Shown: positions 1 to 8,922 of the stretch, piece after piece
How positions within the stretch are numbered: position 1 is the stretch's first letter
Layout of the letters: every line of letters starts with the position of its first letter
Assembly: GCA_031409275.1 (NCBI GenBank)
Contig: JANNXA010000016.1
Coordinates: forward strand, 128,001-192,000
Source of the DNA: Planctomycetota bacterium
Lineage (GTDB): Bacteria > Planctomycetota > B15-G4 > SIAN01
DNA: 64,000 bases
Reading direction: 5' to 3'
Translations under genes and position numbers: made by a program
The notes under the pieces: model-generated
Database searches by the model: none
Told to the model about the DNA's origin: nothing
Seen by the model: the letters and a program-made list of their open reading frames with translations, nothing else

Positions 1-1
1 G

Positions 2-475
2 GTGCGGCGCATCGCCGACGAGATCAGCATGGCGGACGCCTCCTCGCTCTCGACGGCGGCCGAGCCCCTCGGCGCGAACTTCCTCGACTTCCGTTTGCCG
101 CAGGTGATCGCCGCGGCCGGCGTGACCTGGGCGAACACGACGCGCATCGAACTCCAGGCCGACCCGAGGGACGTTGCGGACGGCACCGACAACGACGGCG
201 ACGGCGTGATCGACGAGGGGATCGTCGTGCTGCGCCGCAACGTCGGCCTCGTCAACGAGCAAGCCACGACCCTGGCGACCGGTGTCGCACCGCTTCTCGA
301 GGGCGAGACGGACAACGACGCCGACGACAACAACAACGATCTCGAGGACGAAGCCGGCCTGAGCTTCGAGACGGACGAGGACGGCATGGTGACCCTCCGG
401 CTCACCCTCTTCGCTGCGACCCGGACGGGCGTGCTGGTCTGCACGGCGGCCGCGGACGTCGTCCCCCGCAACTAG
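2..475 (+). CDS. 5'-truncated probable minor pilin/pseudopilin (PilW/PulJ-like C-terminal part) with acidic DxDxDG-like motifs
   Basis: Open from the window edge; DGTDNDGDGVIDEG and ETDNDADDNNNDLEDE motifs; directly upstream of a PilX-like gene. Confidence 0.5.
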   Translation: MRRIADEISMADASSLSTAAEPLGANFLDFRLPQVIAAAGVTWANTTRIELQADPRDVADGTDNDGDGVIDEGIVVLRRNVGLVNEQATTLATGVAPLLEGETDNDADDNNNDLEDEAGLSFETDEDGMVTLRLTLFAATRTGVLVCTAAADVVPRN

Positions 476-489
476 GAGTGCGCCGAATC

Positions 490-1932
490 ATGAAGCCCAC
501 CATCAATCGAGCGGTCGCAGCGCTCCGGAATCCACGGCGTGGACGACGCGAGGGCGGCAGCGTGCTGCTGGCCGCGATCGCGATCGCGTTCATCCTCGCC
601 GGACTCGCCGCCTCGACGCTGCGCATCGTCTACTCGGTGCAGAACGAGACGCAGCAGGAGCGCGACGACCTCGTGAGGCGCTACCTCGCCGAGTCTGCGG
701 CCGGCTTCGCCGAGCTCGACCTCGTGGCGGAAGGGAGCGGAAGCCTCGGCAGCGAGCAGGCACCGATCACGTTGAACGGAGGGGCGTACTGGACCGTCGC
801 GACCAGGAACGCGGACACGACGGTGCGGGTCGACTGCTTCGGCGCGTACCACGGCGGCACGCGCGCGATCTCCGCGACGTTCCTCGATGCGCCTGATCTC
901 TTCGACAACGCGGTGTTCGCCGGCAACTCGTCGGGCGATCCGAACTACTCGCTCAACTTCGGCGGCACCGGAGCTGACGCGGACGCGGTGTCGGGCGACA
1001 TCTACAGCGGCGGCGACATCGCTTTCAACGGCACCTCGACGATCACGGGAACGCCGCGCGCCAAAGGCGACATCACGGGAGCCGCGGGCAAGGAGGGGCA
1101 GACGCAGCCCCTGCCCGACCTCGCCGCGATGGACTACGCGAACACGGCCGACGTCGACGTCGTCGCCGACTTCACCCGCGCGACGCGCGCCTTCTACAGC
1201 GCCGGTGGATTCGCGTGGCAGCTGCCCGCGTCCGAGAAGGCGCACGTCTTTCGCAAGAACCCGAATGATCGAGCGGCCGAAATCGCTTCGACCACGAAGG
1301 ACGACTTCTTTCTCGAGGATCCCTACGAGCGCTGCCGTTCGGACTCGCGTTCCGACGGCTCCGACCCCTACGTGATCACGCTCAACGGCGACACGGGGAG
1401 GGCGGGTGGCGACGGCAACGGGCTGGTCTACTACATCGACGGCAACCTCTGGATCCACAACAAGAACACGATGTCGCTGCAGATCGAGGGACTCGGCTCG
1501 CTCGGCATCACCATCGTCGTGCGCGGCAACATCTACATCTCCGACAACATCTTCTACGAGGACAAGGACCGGGACGGCCTCGCCTTGATCGCGATGGCGG
1601 ATCCGAGCGTGAATGACAGCGGGAACATCTACTTCGGCGATCCGGTGTTCGGCACGCTCGAACACATGAGCGCCTACATGTACGCCGAAAACAACTTCTT
1701 CGACACCAACTTGAGCGCCTCCGGCTCCGCCCGAGTCTCCGTCGACGGAATGATGAGCGCCGGCAACCAGGTGGCGATCAACCGCGACTTCAGGGGACGC
1801 CACTCGCGCCTCACCGTGAACTACGACTCGCGCGTCCGCGATGGCCGCCTGAGGCTGCCGGGCCTGCCGTCCAGCTCGTCCGGCGGCGAGGTCACGTTCC
1901 TCGGCTGGCAGCACATGGCCGCGGGGCAGTGA
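490..1932 (+). CDS. PilX/GspK-like minor pilin with large C-terminal beta-rich domain
   Basis: RRGRREG|SVLLAAIAIAFILAGLAA prepilin-like N-terminus; RRYLAESAA helix; RBS TAGGAG before ATG 490. Confidence 0.65.
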   Translation: MKPTINRAVAALRNPRRGRREGGSVLLAAIAIAFILAGLAASTLRIVYSVQNETQQERDDLVRRYLAESAAGFAELDLVAEGSGSLGSEQAPITLNGGAYWTVATRNADTTVRVDCFGAYHGGTRAISATFLDAPDLFDNAVFAGNSSGDPNYSLNFGGTGADADAVSGDIYSGGDIAFNGTSTITGTPRAKGDITGAAGKEGQTQPLPDLAAMDYANTADVDVVADFTRATRAFYSAGGFAWQLPASEKAHVFRKNPNDRAAEIASTTKDDFFLEDPYERCRSDSRSDGSDPYVITLNGDTGRAGGDGNGLVYYIDGNLWIHNKNTMSLQIEGLGSLGITIVVRGNIYISDNIFYEDKDRDGLALIAMADPSVNDSGNIYFGDPVFGTLEHMSAYMYAENNFFDTNLSASGSARVSVDGMMSAGNQVAINRDFRGRHSRLTVNYDSRVRDGRLRLPGLPSSSSGGEVTFLGWQHMAAGQ

Positions 1933-1936
1933 CGCC

Positions 1937-3208
1937 ATGAGCCGAATGACCTCATTCGCAATCGCGTTGCTCCTTGCCGTGGCGGCACCGCCGCTGCTCG
2001 CGGACGACGACTGGGCCGCGATCGTGGCGGCCAGCAAGCGGGTCGCGGCGATCGTTCGCAACGACGCAGGACTCAATGAGAGCGCGCAGGTCGCGGCTCT
2101 CGTCGCGCTCGGCGATTCGACGATCCCCGCGCTCTTCGCGCTCCACCTCGGCATGCCGTTGCCGTCAGCCGCCGAGGGCGGCGACCCATCGGTGGCCGCG
2201 GACGAAGCCCCCACCGCGCTGGCGCTGGCGGCGCTGCGCGCGCTTCCGTCCGAGGCGGTCGACGACTTCCTGGTGACCGTCGCGGCTGGAGCGACCGACC
2301 CGCGCCGCGCGATCGACGTCGTGCGCGTCGCCGGCGAGCTCGCGCGCAAATCGTCGTTCGGCGTCCTGCTGCGGGTGACGGCGGCGATGGACGAGCTGCT
2401 GCAGGGGCATCCGGTCGTCAACGGCACCTTGCGCACCGCGCTGCAGTCGATCGTGGCGCACGCCTGCCCACCCCCCGCCGAGCTGCGAACCCTCGTCGCG
2501 TCGCTGCCACCCGCGTTCACCGAGACTGCGCTTGACGCCGTCGGAACGAAGCTGGCGGATGAACGCGCGACACTCTGCTGCGACCTCTTCGGCAAGCGCC
2601 AGGAACTCGATCGCACGGTGCTCGTCGAGCTCGACCGCCGGCCGCCTACCAACACCGCCGACGCGGATCGCGTCGCGCGGCTCCTGTGCTCGAATACCAA
2701 TGTCGAAGCGGTCGAGACCCGTCGCCTCGTCGCTCACGCGCTGCGGCGCTACCCGGCGCTCGAAAGCGCGGAAGCGCTGATCGACCTGCTGGCCGATGTC
2801 GACCCGCGCGTGCGCGCGGTGGCCCTCCAGTCGCTCGGTGAAGTCGCTGGAGTGACGCTGCCAGCGGACGCGACGTCATGGCGTGACTGGCGCAACGTCG
2901 AGCGCCGCTGGCGCGCCGAAGAACTCCCCGAGATCAAGCGACGACTCGAGAGCGCCGACGTCCAGGAAGCGCTGCGTTGGGTGGCGACGCTGTCGTTGAA
3001 ACGCGTCCATGCGGCGGAGGTCGCTGCAGTGGTCGGGCCGTTCCTGGAACACGAGCGGGCAGAGCTCCGCCGCGCCGCGTGCGAAGCGCTCGGCCGGCTG
3101 GCGACGCCTGCATGCACGGAGTGGCTGCGTCGGGCGCTGGTCGATCGCGACGCAGCGGTACGGGCCATCGCACAGAGAAGCCTGGCAAAGATGGGAGAGC
3201 GGTCATGA
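1937..3208 (+). CDS. Secreted HEAT-repeat protein
   Basis: Signal peptide; repeats LIDLLADVDPRVRAVA, FLEHERAELRRAACEALGRL, ALVDRDAAVRAIA. Confidence 0.75.
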   Translation: MSRMTSFAIALLLAVAAPPLLADDDWAAIVAASKRVAAIVRNDAGLNESAQVAALVALGDSTIPALFALHLGMPLPSAAEGGDPSVAADEAPTALALAALRALPSEAVDDFLVTVAAGATDPRRAIDVVRVAGELARKSSFGVLLRVTAAMDELLQGHPVVNGTLRTALQSIVAHACPPPAELRTLVASLPPAFTETALDAVGTKLADERATLCCDLFGKRQELDRTVLVELDRRPPTNTADADRVARLLCSNTNVEAVETRRLVAHALRRYPALESAEALIDLLADVDPRVRAVALQSLGEVAGVTLPADATSWRDWRNVERRWRAEELPEIKRRLESADVQEALRWVATLSLKRVHAAEVAAVVGPFLEHERAELRRAACEALGRLATPACTEWLRRALVDRDAAVRAIAQRSLAKMGERS

Positions 3209-3831
3209 GTGCTTCGACGGAACGACGTCACGGATTCGTCACCAAGCTGCTGTCGGGAGAGCGTCTCGAGTGGAGCCTCATCGGCCGACTCGCGGTCGTG
3301 CTTGCCGCCGCGTTCGTGACCTTCGCGACACTCTCGCTGACGATGCCGGCCGCGATCGGCTACTTCACCGGCACGCCGCAGCACGGCATCGCCGAAGTGC
3401 TGAAGCGCGGCGACCTGCTGCTCAACGCCGTGGTGCTGCCGTTGGCGGCGACGTTCTTGTGCCTGTTCGGTTTCTGCATCCGTGAGGCGCTTCGCGTCGC
3501 CGGGCCGGCGTACCGCTTGAACGACGTCGCGTGCCGGCTTCAGGAGCTCTCGGTGCCGCGCGGGGTTCGCGTCCGCAAGGACGACCATCTGCAGTTCGCG
3601 GTGAAGCAGCTGAGCGTCGGACTCGAGCGGATCCACGAGGAGCTGGCGGCGCTGCAGACGATTGCGCGACGCGCTGACGTCAACGATCCCGCTCGCGCAC
3701 AGGCGGCGTTGACGCAACTCAAGATGCGCCTCGAGAGCTTCACGCTCGTGACGGCGGCTCCGGAGTGCGCAGTGATCACGGACACGACGGTCGCCGTCGC
3801 CGATGCGGTGCGAGAGCCGGTGGTTCAGTAG
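3205..3831 (+). CDS. Membrane protein with two TM helices and a HAMP-like segment
   Basis: ATGA overlap with the upstream stop; two hydrophobic spans followed by RVAGPAYRL...VRVRKDDHLQ. Confidence 0.6.
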   Translation: MSASTERRHGFVTKLLSGERLEWSLIGRLAVVLAAAFVTFATLSLTMPAAIGYFTGTPQHGIAEVLKRGDLLLNAVVLPLAATFLCLFGFCIREALRVAGPAYRLNDVACRLQELSVPRGVRVRKDDHLQFAVKQLSVGLERIHEELAALQTIARRADVNDPARAQAALTQLKMRLESFTLVTAAPECAVITDTTVAVADAVREPVVQ

Positions 3832-3865
3832 CGACACCACGCGGCGGGGTCGACCGCCGGCGCGA

Positions 3866-4807
3866 TCAGCGCGGTTCCTGCTGTGAGCGCACGGCGCAGC
3901 GCACGCCGTCCGACGTGACGGTCACCGATCCGTGTTCGGCCGTGACGTAGACCTCCGCGCCGACGGCCCCGAAGACCCGCTTCGCCAGATCGCCCGGCGA
4001 GCGCGGCTTCTTGTTCGTGTAGTTCGCCAGGCACGAGACGACGACCGTGCGCGGGTGGACCGCATCGACGAAGCGCGCCTCGTCGAAGAATCCGTGGTGC
4101 GGCGCGACCAGAACCGTCGAACGCAACGTCTCGGCTGGGACTGTCGCGAGCAGGCTCTCGCTGCCTTCGTGCTCGAGGTCACCGGGCAGGAGGAAGACGT
4201 TGTCGCCGTGCTGGATTCGCAGCACGACGGAGTTGTCGTTCAACCGGTCGTCGTCACTCGACCGCACGCCCCCGATCGGAGGCGCCAGAACCGTGACCTC
4301 GAGCGCAGGATCCCACGGCAACGTGTCGCCCGCGTGCACGACGCGGTAGCCCTTCGCACGCTTCTGCGCGCGCTTGCGCAGGTCGAGGTACTCGGTGTCG
4401 ACCAGCGCCCCCTCGGCCCCCGCGTCGACGAACGTCGCCACCTCGAAGTGCTTCAACAGATACGCCGCGCCCTCGAAGTGATCGTGATGGGGATGGCTGA
4501 TCACGATGCCATCGATCGCATCGACGCCACGCGCGCGCAGGAACGGCGCGAGCGTGTCCTTGCCGGTGTCGCTGTCGCCCAACTTGTCGCCGGTGTCGAC
4601 GAAGTAGAGGGCGCCGGACGGGGTCTCGACGGCGATGGCGAGTCCGTGCCGGCTCAACCCGAAGACCGTGATCTGCAACGTGCCGGGCATGCGAGCGGCA
4701 GGCGGCGCGGTCTCGCCCGGCGATCGCGTGCACGCCAACGAAGCCGCGATCGCGATGCAACCGAGGATCGCGGCCTGCCAGCCTCGTCGCCGAATGGGGC
4801 GCCTCAT
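3866..4807 (-). CDS. ComEC/Rec2-type metallo-beta-lactamase-fold hydrolase, probable lipoprotein
   Basis: VDTG, ISHPHHDH, NDNSVV, LLPGD, APHHG motifs; SLAC lipobox; ATGA overlap with the TolC stop. Confidence 0.85.
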   Translation of the reverse strand: MRRPIRRRGWQAAILGCIAIAASLACTRSPGETAPPAARMPGTLQITVFGLSRHGLAIAVETPSGALYFVDTGDKLGDSDTGKDTLAPFLRARGVDAIDGIVISHPHHDHFEGAAYLLKHFEVATFVDAGAEGALVDTEYLDLRKRAQKRAKGYRVVHAGDTLPWDPALEVTVLAPPIGGVRSSDDDRLNDNSVVLRIQHGDNVFLLPGDLEHEGSESLLATVPAETLRSTVLVAPHHGFFDEARFVDAVHPRTVVVSCLANYTNKKPRSPGDLAKRVFGAVGAEVYVTAEHGSVTVTSDGVRCAVRSQQEPR

Positions 4808-6114
4808 GGATCGAACACCGTGCCCGTGGCGAGGTCGAGTTCGACGCGCGCCTTCACGCCGTCGAACCACGCCTGCGCCTGATCGCGACGGGCGTCGAGG
4901 ATTCGCGACTCGATCGTCCACCACTCGATCGCGTCCACTTCACCCGCCTCCAGCGCCGCCTTCATCAGCTGCTCGGCCTCGTCGAGCGCCTGCGGCAGCG
5001 GATCGGACGAACCGTGCCTTCGCTGATCTTGCGCCCGCCATCGCAGGACCGCGAGGTGAATCTCCTGGCGGACCCGCGCCAGCTGCGCCGCGTAGGCGGC
5101 CTCTGCCTGCTTCACCCGCGCTTCCTCGACGGCGATCGCCTTGTCGCCCGAATCGAACAACGGGATCTCGAATCCGGCCTGGAGCCCGAAGTCGTGGCCG
5201 AGGTGGTCCCCCTCGGCCGAAGGCTGCAGGAAGAGTGGCCACCATCCATGCGCCAATCGCGCGATCCGCAGCGTCTGCTGCTGCGCGTCGTACTCCTGCG
5301 CGCGCACCTGCAGATCGGCGCGGCGCGAGAGAGCGGCCTGCTCGAGCGCCGCCTCATCGGGCTCGACGAACTCGCGCTCCTGCGTCGCTTTGCGCACCCG
5401 CAAGGGCGCGTCGAACGGCGCCCCCACCAGCGCCGCGAGTTCCGTACGCGCCACCTCGAGCTCCGCTCTCGCAACCAAGAGTTCCTCGTCGAACTGAGCG
5501 CTGCGCAGCCTGGCGAACGCCGCATCGATGCCCTTGGCGGCTCGCGCGACCACCCTCTCCTTCACGAGCGTCGCCATGCGAGCGTGCAGAGCGCGCGCCG
5601 CTTCGGTGAGCGCGAGCTGCTCTTCGAGCATCACGACTCGCGCGTGAGCCAGCCGGGTCGCCGCGGCGACCTGCGACTCGCGATCGGCGATGCGGGCGAC
5701 GGCACGCGCGTCCAACGCCTGCGCACGCCCGACACGCGCATCACGTTCGCCCGGCACGCCAGGGAAGAAACGCAATCCGAGTGCGAGTGCCACCGGACTG
5801 CCGACGCTCGACGCGAGGTGGGAGAGGCTCGGCCGGAACTCGGGATTGCGCCACGCCCCCTCGGCGACGACCTCATTCGCGGCGATCTCGTGCTCCACGC
5901 GCAGCGCCACGAGGTCGGGATGGTGGACCAGCGCGAGCGCCATCGCCTGAACCGGATCGAGCCCCTCCGCCGGAACGTCGATCCTCGCCGCGCGCAGCTC
6001 CGCCAGCAGCGCCTCCGGATCCAGCGGCGGCGGCCGATCCGTGGAGCAGCTCGCTGCCGCCGCGAACGATGCGACGACCAGCCAGCGAACGGCGCGATTC
6101 GGGCGGCGGCTCAA
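4804..6114 (-). CDS. TolC-family outer membrane efflux protein (lipoprotein type)
   Basis: AASC lipobox; ALVHHPDL, ALSRRADL, FEIPLFD, ELDLATG motifs; TTG start overlaps the upstream TGA. Confidence 0.8.
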   Translation of the reverse strand: MSRRPNRAVRWLVVASFAAAASCSTDRPPPLDPEALLAELRAARIDVPAEGLDPVQAMALALVHHPDLVALRVEHEIAANEVVAEGAWRNPEFRPSLSHLASSVGSPVALALGLRFFPGVPGERDARVGRAQALDARAVARIADRESQVAAATRLAHARVVMLEEQLALTEAARALHARMATLVKERVVARAAKGIDAAFARLRSAQFDEELLVARAELEVARTELAALVGAPFDAPLRVRKATQEREFVEPDEAALEQAALSRRADLQVRAQEYDAQQQTLRIARLAHGWWPLFLQPSAEGDHLGHDFGLQAGFEIPLFDSGDKAIAVEEARVKQAEAAYAAQLARVRQEIHLAVLRWRAQDQRRHGSSDPLPQALDEAEQLMKAALEAGEVDAIEWWTIESRILDARRDQAQAWFDGVKARVELDLATGTVFDP

Positions 6115-7292
6115 TGGAACCTCACGTCGTAGATGGCGCCGACGATCGAATCGACCTGGCCCTGAAGCTCGAGGGTGATCCGCCGTCCCCACTGCGGCGA
6201 GTCGAGCGTGGGACGGAGTCGCAGCGGGACCTCCTCGATCAGCGGCCCCATCGACGTGACGCGCCCCTCGACCGCTCGACCGGGAAGATCGCGCGGCCGC
6301 AGCGTCGCCAGCGTTCCCACTTTCACCGCCTGGATCTGCCGGTCGACGATGTAGGCCGAGACCGCTCCCGCCGACGGCAACACGATGCACGCGATCTCCG
6401 CGCCGGCGACGCACCACTCTCCGGGTCGCACGAGGATCCGACTGATGGTGCCGCTCGCGGGGGCAGCGATGCGACACGACTGACGCTCGAGCTCGAGCTG
6501 CGCCACTCGCGCCTCCTGGCTCGCCCGGGCCAACTCGAGCGGGAGCAGGCTCGCCTCGAGGTCGAGCTCCTGCGAGGACTCCGGAGTCAGCGCGTCCCAC
6601 GCGACCACCGCGGCCTGAACTCTCTCGACGCTGGGGCCGCGCGACACGATCCGTTCGGCGAGCAGCGCGCGTCTCCGTTCGAGTTCCTCGACTCGATCGA
6701 CGGTCGTCAACTGCCGGTCGAGCAGCGCCTTCTGCCGCTCGATCTGCGGTGCGATGGCGGCGAGCTCGGCCTGATCGGTCGCCTGATCGGTCGCTTGCGC
6801 CGCGGCGGCAGCGCGCAGCCGGAGCCCTTCGCTCTCGAAGGTGGTGCGGCGCGCCAGCGCTTGCGCGCGACTCTCGATCGCGGTGATCCGAAGCGTGGCT
6901 CGCTCCGCTTCGATGTTCGACCGCGCACGGTCGAGTTCGCTGTGTGCGAGGCGCAAGCGCGCGTCGATGTCCCCTGGGTCGAGCGTCGCGATCGGATCGC
7001 CCGCCTGCACGACCTGGCCGACGGCGACGTCGATCGTCAGGAGGCGGCTGGCCACCGAAGGCGCGATGCGCAGCTCCGCTGCGCTCTCGCACGCGATCGC
7101 GTGGCTCTCCCCTGAACCACCGAAGTAGAGCCACGCCGCAGCGATCGCTGCGCCGCACCATGCCGTCAGCGGCCAGATGCGAAACGCCATGCGGGCGAGG
7201 CGGCGCGAGGTCGCGATCCTCGGCGGCGGCCGCGGACCGAGGCGTGGCGCATGGGCGCTCCGTGCGGTCTCGACTTCCGGTGCGATTCTCAT
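6111..7292 (-). CDS. HlyD-family membrane fusion (periplasmic adaptor) protein
   Basis: N-terminal TM; lipoyl half-motifs VAVGQVVQAGDPIATLD and IAAPASGTI..VRPGEW around a long coiled coil. Confidence 0.85.
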   Translation of the reverse strand: MRIAPEVETARSAHAPRLGPRPPPRIATSRRLARMAFRIWPLTAWCGAAIAAAWLYFGGSGESHAIACESAAELRIAPSVASRLLTIDVAVGQVVQAGDPIATLDPGDIDARLRLAHSELDRARSNIEAERATLRITAIESRAQALARRTTFESEGLRLRAAAAAQATDQATDQAELAAIAPQIERQKALLDRQLTTVDRVEELERRRALLAERIVSRGPSVERVQAAVVAWDALTPESSQELDLEASLLPLELARASQEARVAQLELERQSCRIAAPASGTISRILVRPGEWCVAGAEIACIVLPSAGAVSAYIVDRQIQAVKVGTLATLRPRDLPGRAVEGRVTSMGPLIEEVPLRLRPTLDSPQWGRRITLELQGQVDSIVGAIYDVRFH

Positions 7293-7294
7293 GG

Positions 7295-7987
7295 TCAGAC
7301 CTCGAGCCCGGGATCTTGCATCAGCAACGAGACGTCGTTGATCTCGTCCACGGAGCGGATCGCATCGATGAGGGAATGCTGGAACGACGGGTCGCGCAGC
7401 TTGATCTGGTAGGCGTGCTCGAGGCGCTTGCCTTGCGCGATCTCGCGCAGATTCACCAGCACGAACCGGCTGCAGTACTCGAGCAACACTCGCTTCAGCG
7501 GGAGGTCCGCTTCGGGACTGGCACCGCTGTTGAGCCGCAGCAGTCCATCGAACTGCTTGCGGCTCGCGAAGGGGCTGAACGTCAGGTGGATCATGAAGAG
7601 GCTGAACATCGCCGTCCCGATGCCGGCGATGAGGAAGGACTGCACCCCCACCGAGATCCCGACGGCCAGCGACGCGAAGATGAAGCTCATGTCGCGCACG
7701 TCGCGCAGCGTCGAGCGGAAGCGGATGACCGCGAGCGTGCCGAGCAGCCCGAGGCCGCGCGCCACGCTGTTGCCGATCGCCAGCATGAGCAGCGTCGCGA
7801 CGACACCGGTGATCGCCAGCGCGATCACGAATCCGCGCGAATAGGAGAGCCCGCGGAAGGTCCACGAGTAGACCGCCGCCAGCACCTGACACAACACGAA
7901 GGAGACCAGCATCGAGAGCAGGATCATCTGCCAGGAGAGTCCCGGCTCGTAGCGAAGGTACTGATCGAACAGCGCATCCATGGTCAT
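7295..7987 (-). CDS. DUF4956-family membrane protein
   Basis: IGNSVARGLGLLGTLAVIRFRSTLRDVRD signature; several TMs plus a C-terminal ACT-like domain; follows the VTC gene. Confidence 0.85.
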   Translation of the reverse strand: MTMDALFDQYLRYEPGLSWQMILLSMLVSFVLCQVLAAVYSWTFRGLSYSRGFVIALAITGVVATLLMLAIGNSVARGLGLLGTLAVIRFRSTLRDVRDMSFIFASLAVGISVGVQSFLIAGIGTAMFSLFMIHLTFSPFASRKQFDGLLRLNSGASPEADLPLKRVLLEYCSRFVLVNLREIAQGKRLEHAYQIKLRDPSFQHSLIDAIRSVDEINDVSLLMQDPGLEV

Positions 7988-8766
7988 CCCCTGACACTGG
8001 CGCGTCGATGGAACTCGACGCCGCCGGAGGCGCCATCGAGAAGACGCGTCATCGAGACGATGTACTTCGAGAATCCGCAGCGCACGAGATCGAGCTCGGC
8101 GACCAGGTCGGACATCCAGCGCGGGAAGTCGCGACTGAACTTGAGTTCGATGAGGAACGCGCGCGGCACGTCGAACATCTCGCCGGCGCCATCGATGTAT
8201 CTCCACCCCAACGGGTCCTCGATCGCGCCGTCGCCTTCGAACGACTGGTAGCACATCGCGCGATCGAACGTGATGCGGGCGTACTCCCCGAACACGCTCT
8301 CGTAGGCCTCGCGGGAGTACCGCGAGCGCATCACGGGAACGGCACCCGACCTCGTGGTTCGGTCGAGGAACGACGCGAGCGTCGGGTCGGCGCGGCCGGC
8401 CGCGAGCGCGAGCGGCCGACCGCAGAGCAGCCCATCGAGCTCTTCTCGCGACATCCGCGCCCGATCCTTCACGATCACTTGCCGGATCTTGCGCTTCACC
8501 TCACAGAAGATCTGCCCGTGCTCGATCGAGTCGTACCAGCGAACCCGCAACTTGTAGCGATCCGGAGCATCCCGCAGCCCGGCGTGATAGAGCTCGAGCG
8601 TCGGCGTGTCGAAGTAGATGCTGTGGATCGTGTAGGCATGGTCGACCGACTGCTGCGCATGCTCGTCGAGCCGGGTGTAGGGTCGAATGAAGCGTCGAAG
8701 CTCCTCGATCCGGTCTTCCGAGAGGAAGTACTTGTACTCGTAGCGTTCGAAATGGAGCGCCTCCAT
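7984..8766 (-). CDS. VTC-domain polyphosphate polymerase (CYTH superfamily)
   Basis: RYEYKY, SIYFDTP, RYKLRVRWY, EVKRK, YSREAY, RITFD, IELKF, FSKY motifs. Confidence 0.9.
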   Translation of the reverse strand: MEALHFERYEYKYFLSEDRIEELRRFIRPYTRLDEHAQQSVDHAYTIHSIYFDTPTLELYHAGLRDAPDRYKLRVRWYDSIEHGQIFCEVKRKIRQVIVKDRARMSREELDGLLCGRPLALAAGRADPTLASFLDRTTRSGAVPVMRSRYSREAYESVFGEYARITFDRAMCYQSFEGDGAIEDPLGWRYIDGAGEMFDVPRAFLIELKFSRDFPRWMSDLVAELDLVRCGFSKYIVSMTRLLDGASGGVEFHRRASVRG

Positions 8767-8922
8767 CGCCGTCAGTAGCCAGCGCGGCGGGCATGCCCCA
8801 CCGCCAACGCCACGACTGCCAACGTCCCGAACAGCAGCGTCGATCGGGCGAGCCACACGCCGATGCTGCGGATGAACCTGCGCGTCACGTCGAGTCTCCT
8901 GATGGTGTCCACGCCGCAGCGC

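Noticed and set aside
472..2700. Long antisense and alternate-frame ORFs (also 16555-20772, 33537-36485, 43870-47226, 44049-47264, 61939-63846)
   Set aside because: Shadow ORFs typical of high-GC DNA; Arg/Ala-rich, without motifs, and overlapping well-supported genes
3866..4807. Competence protein ComEC or a true beta-lactamase
   Set aside because: No membrane competence domain; only the hydrolase fold is supported
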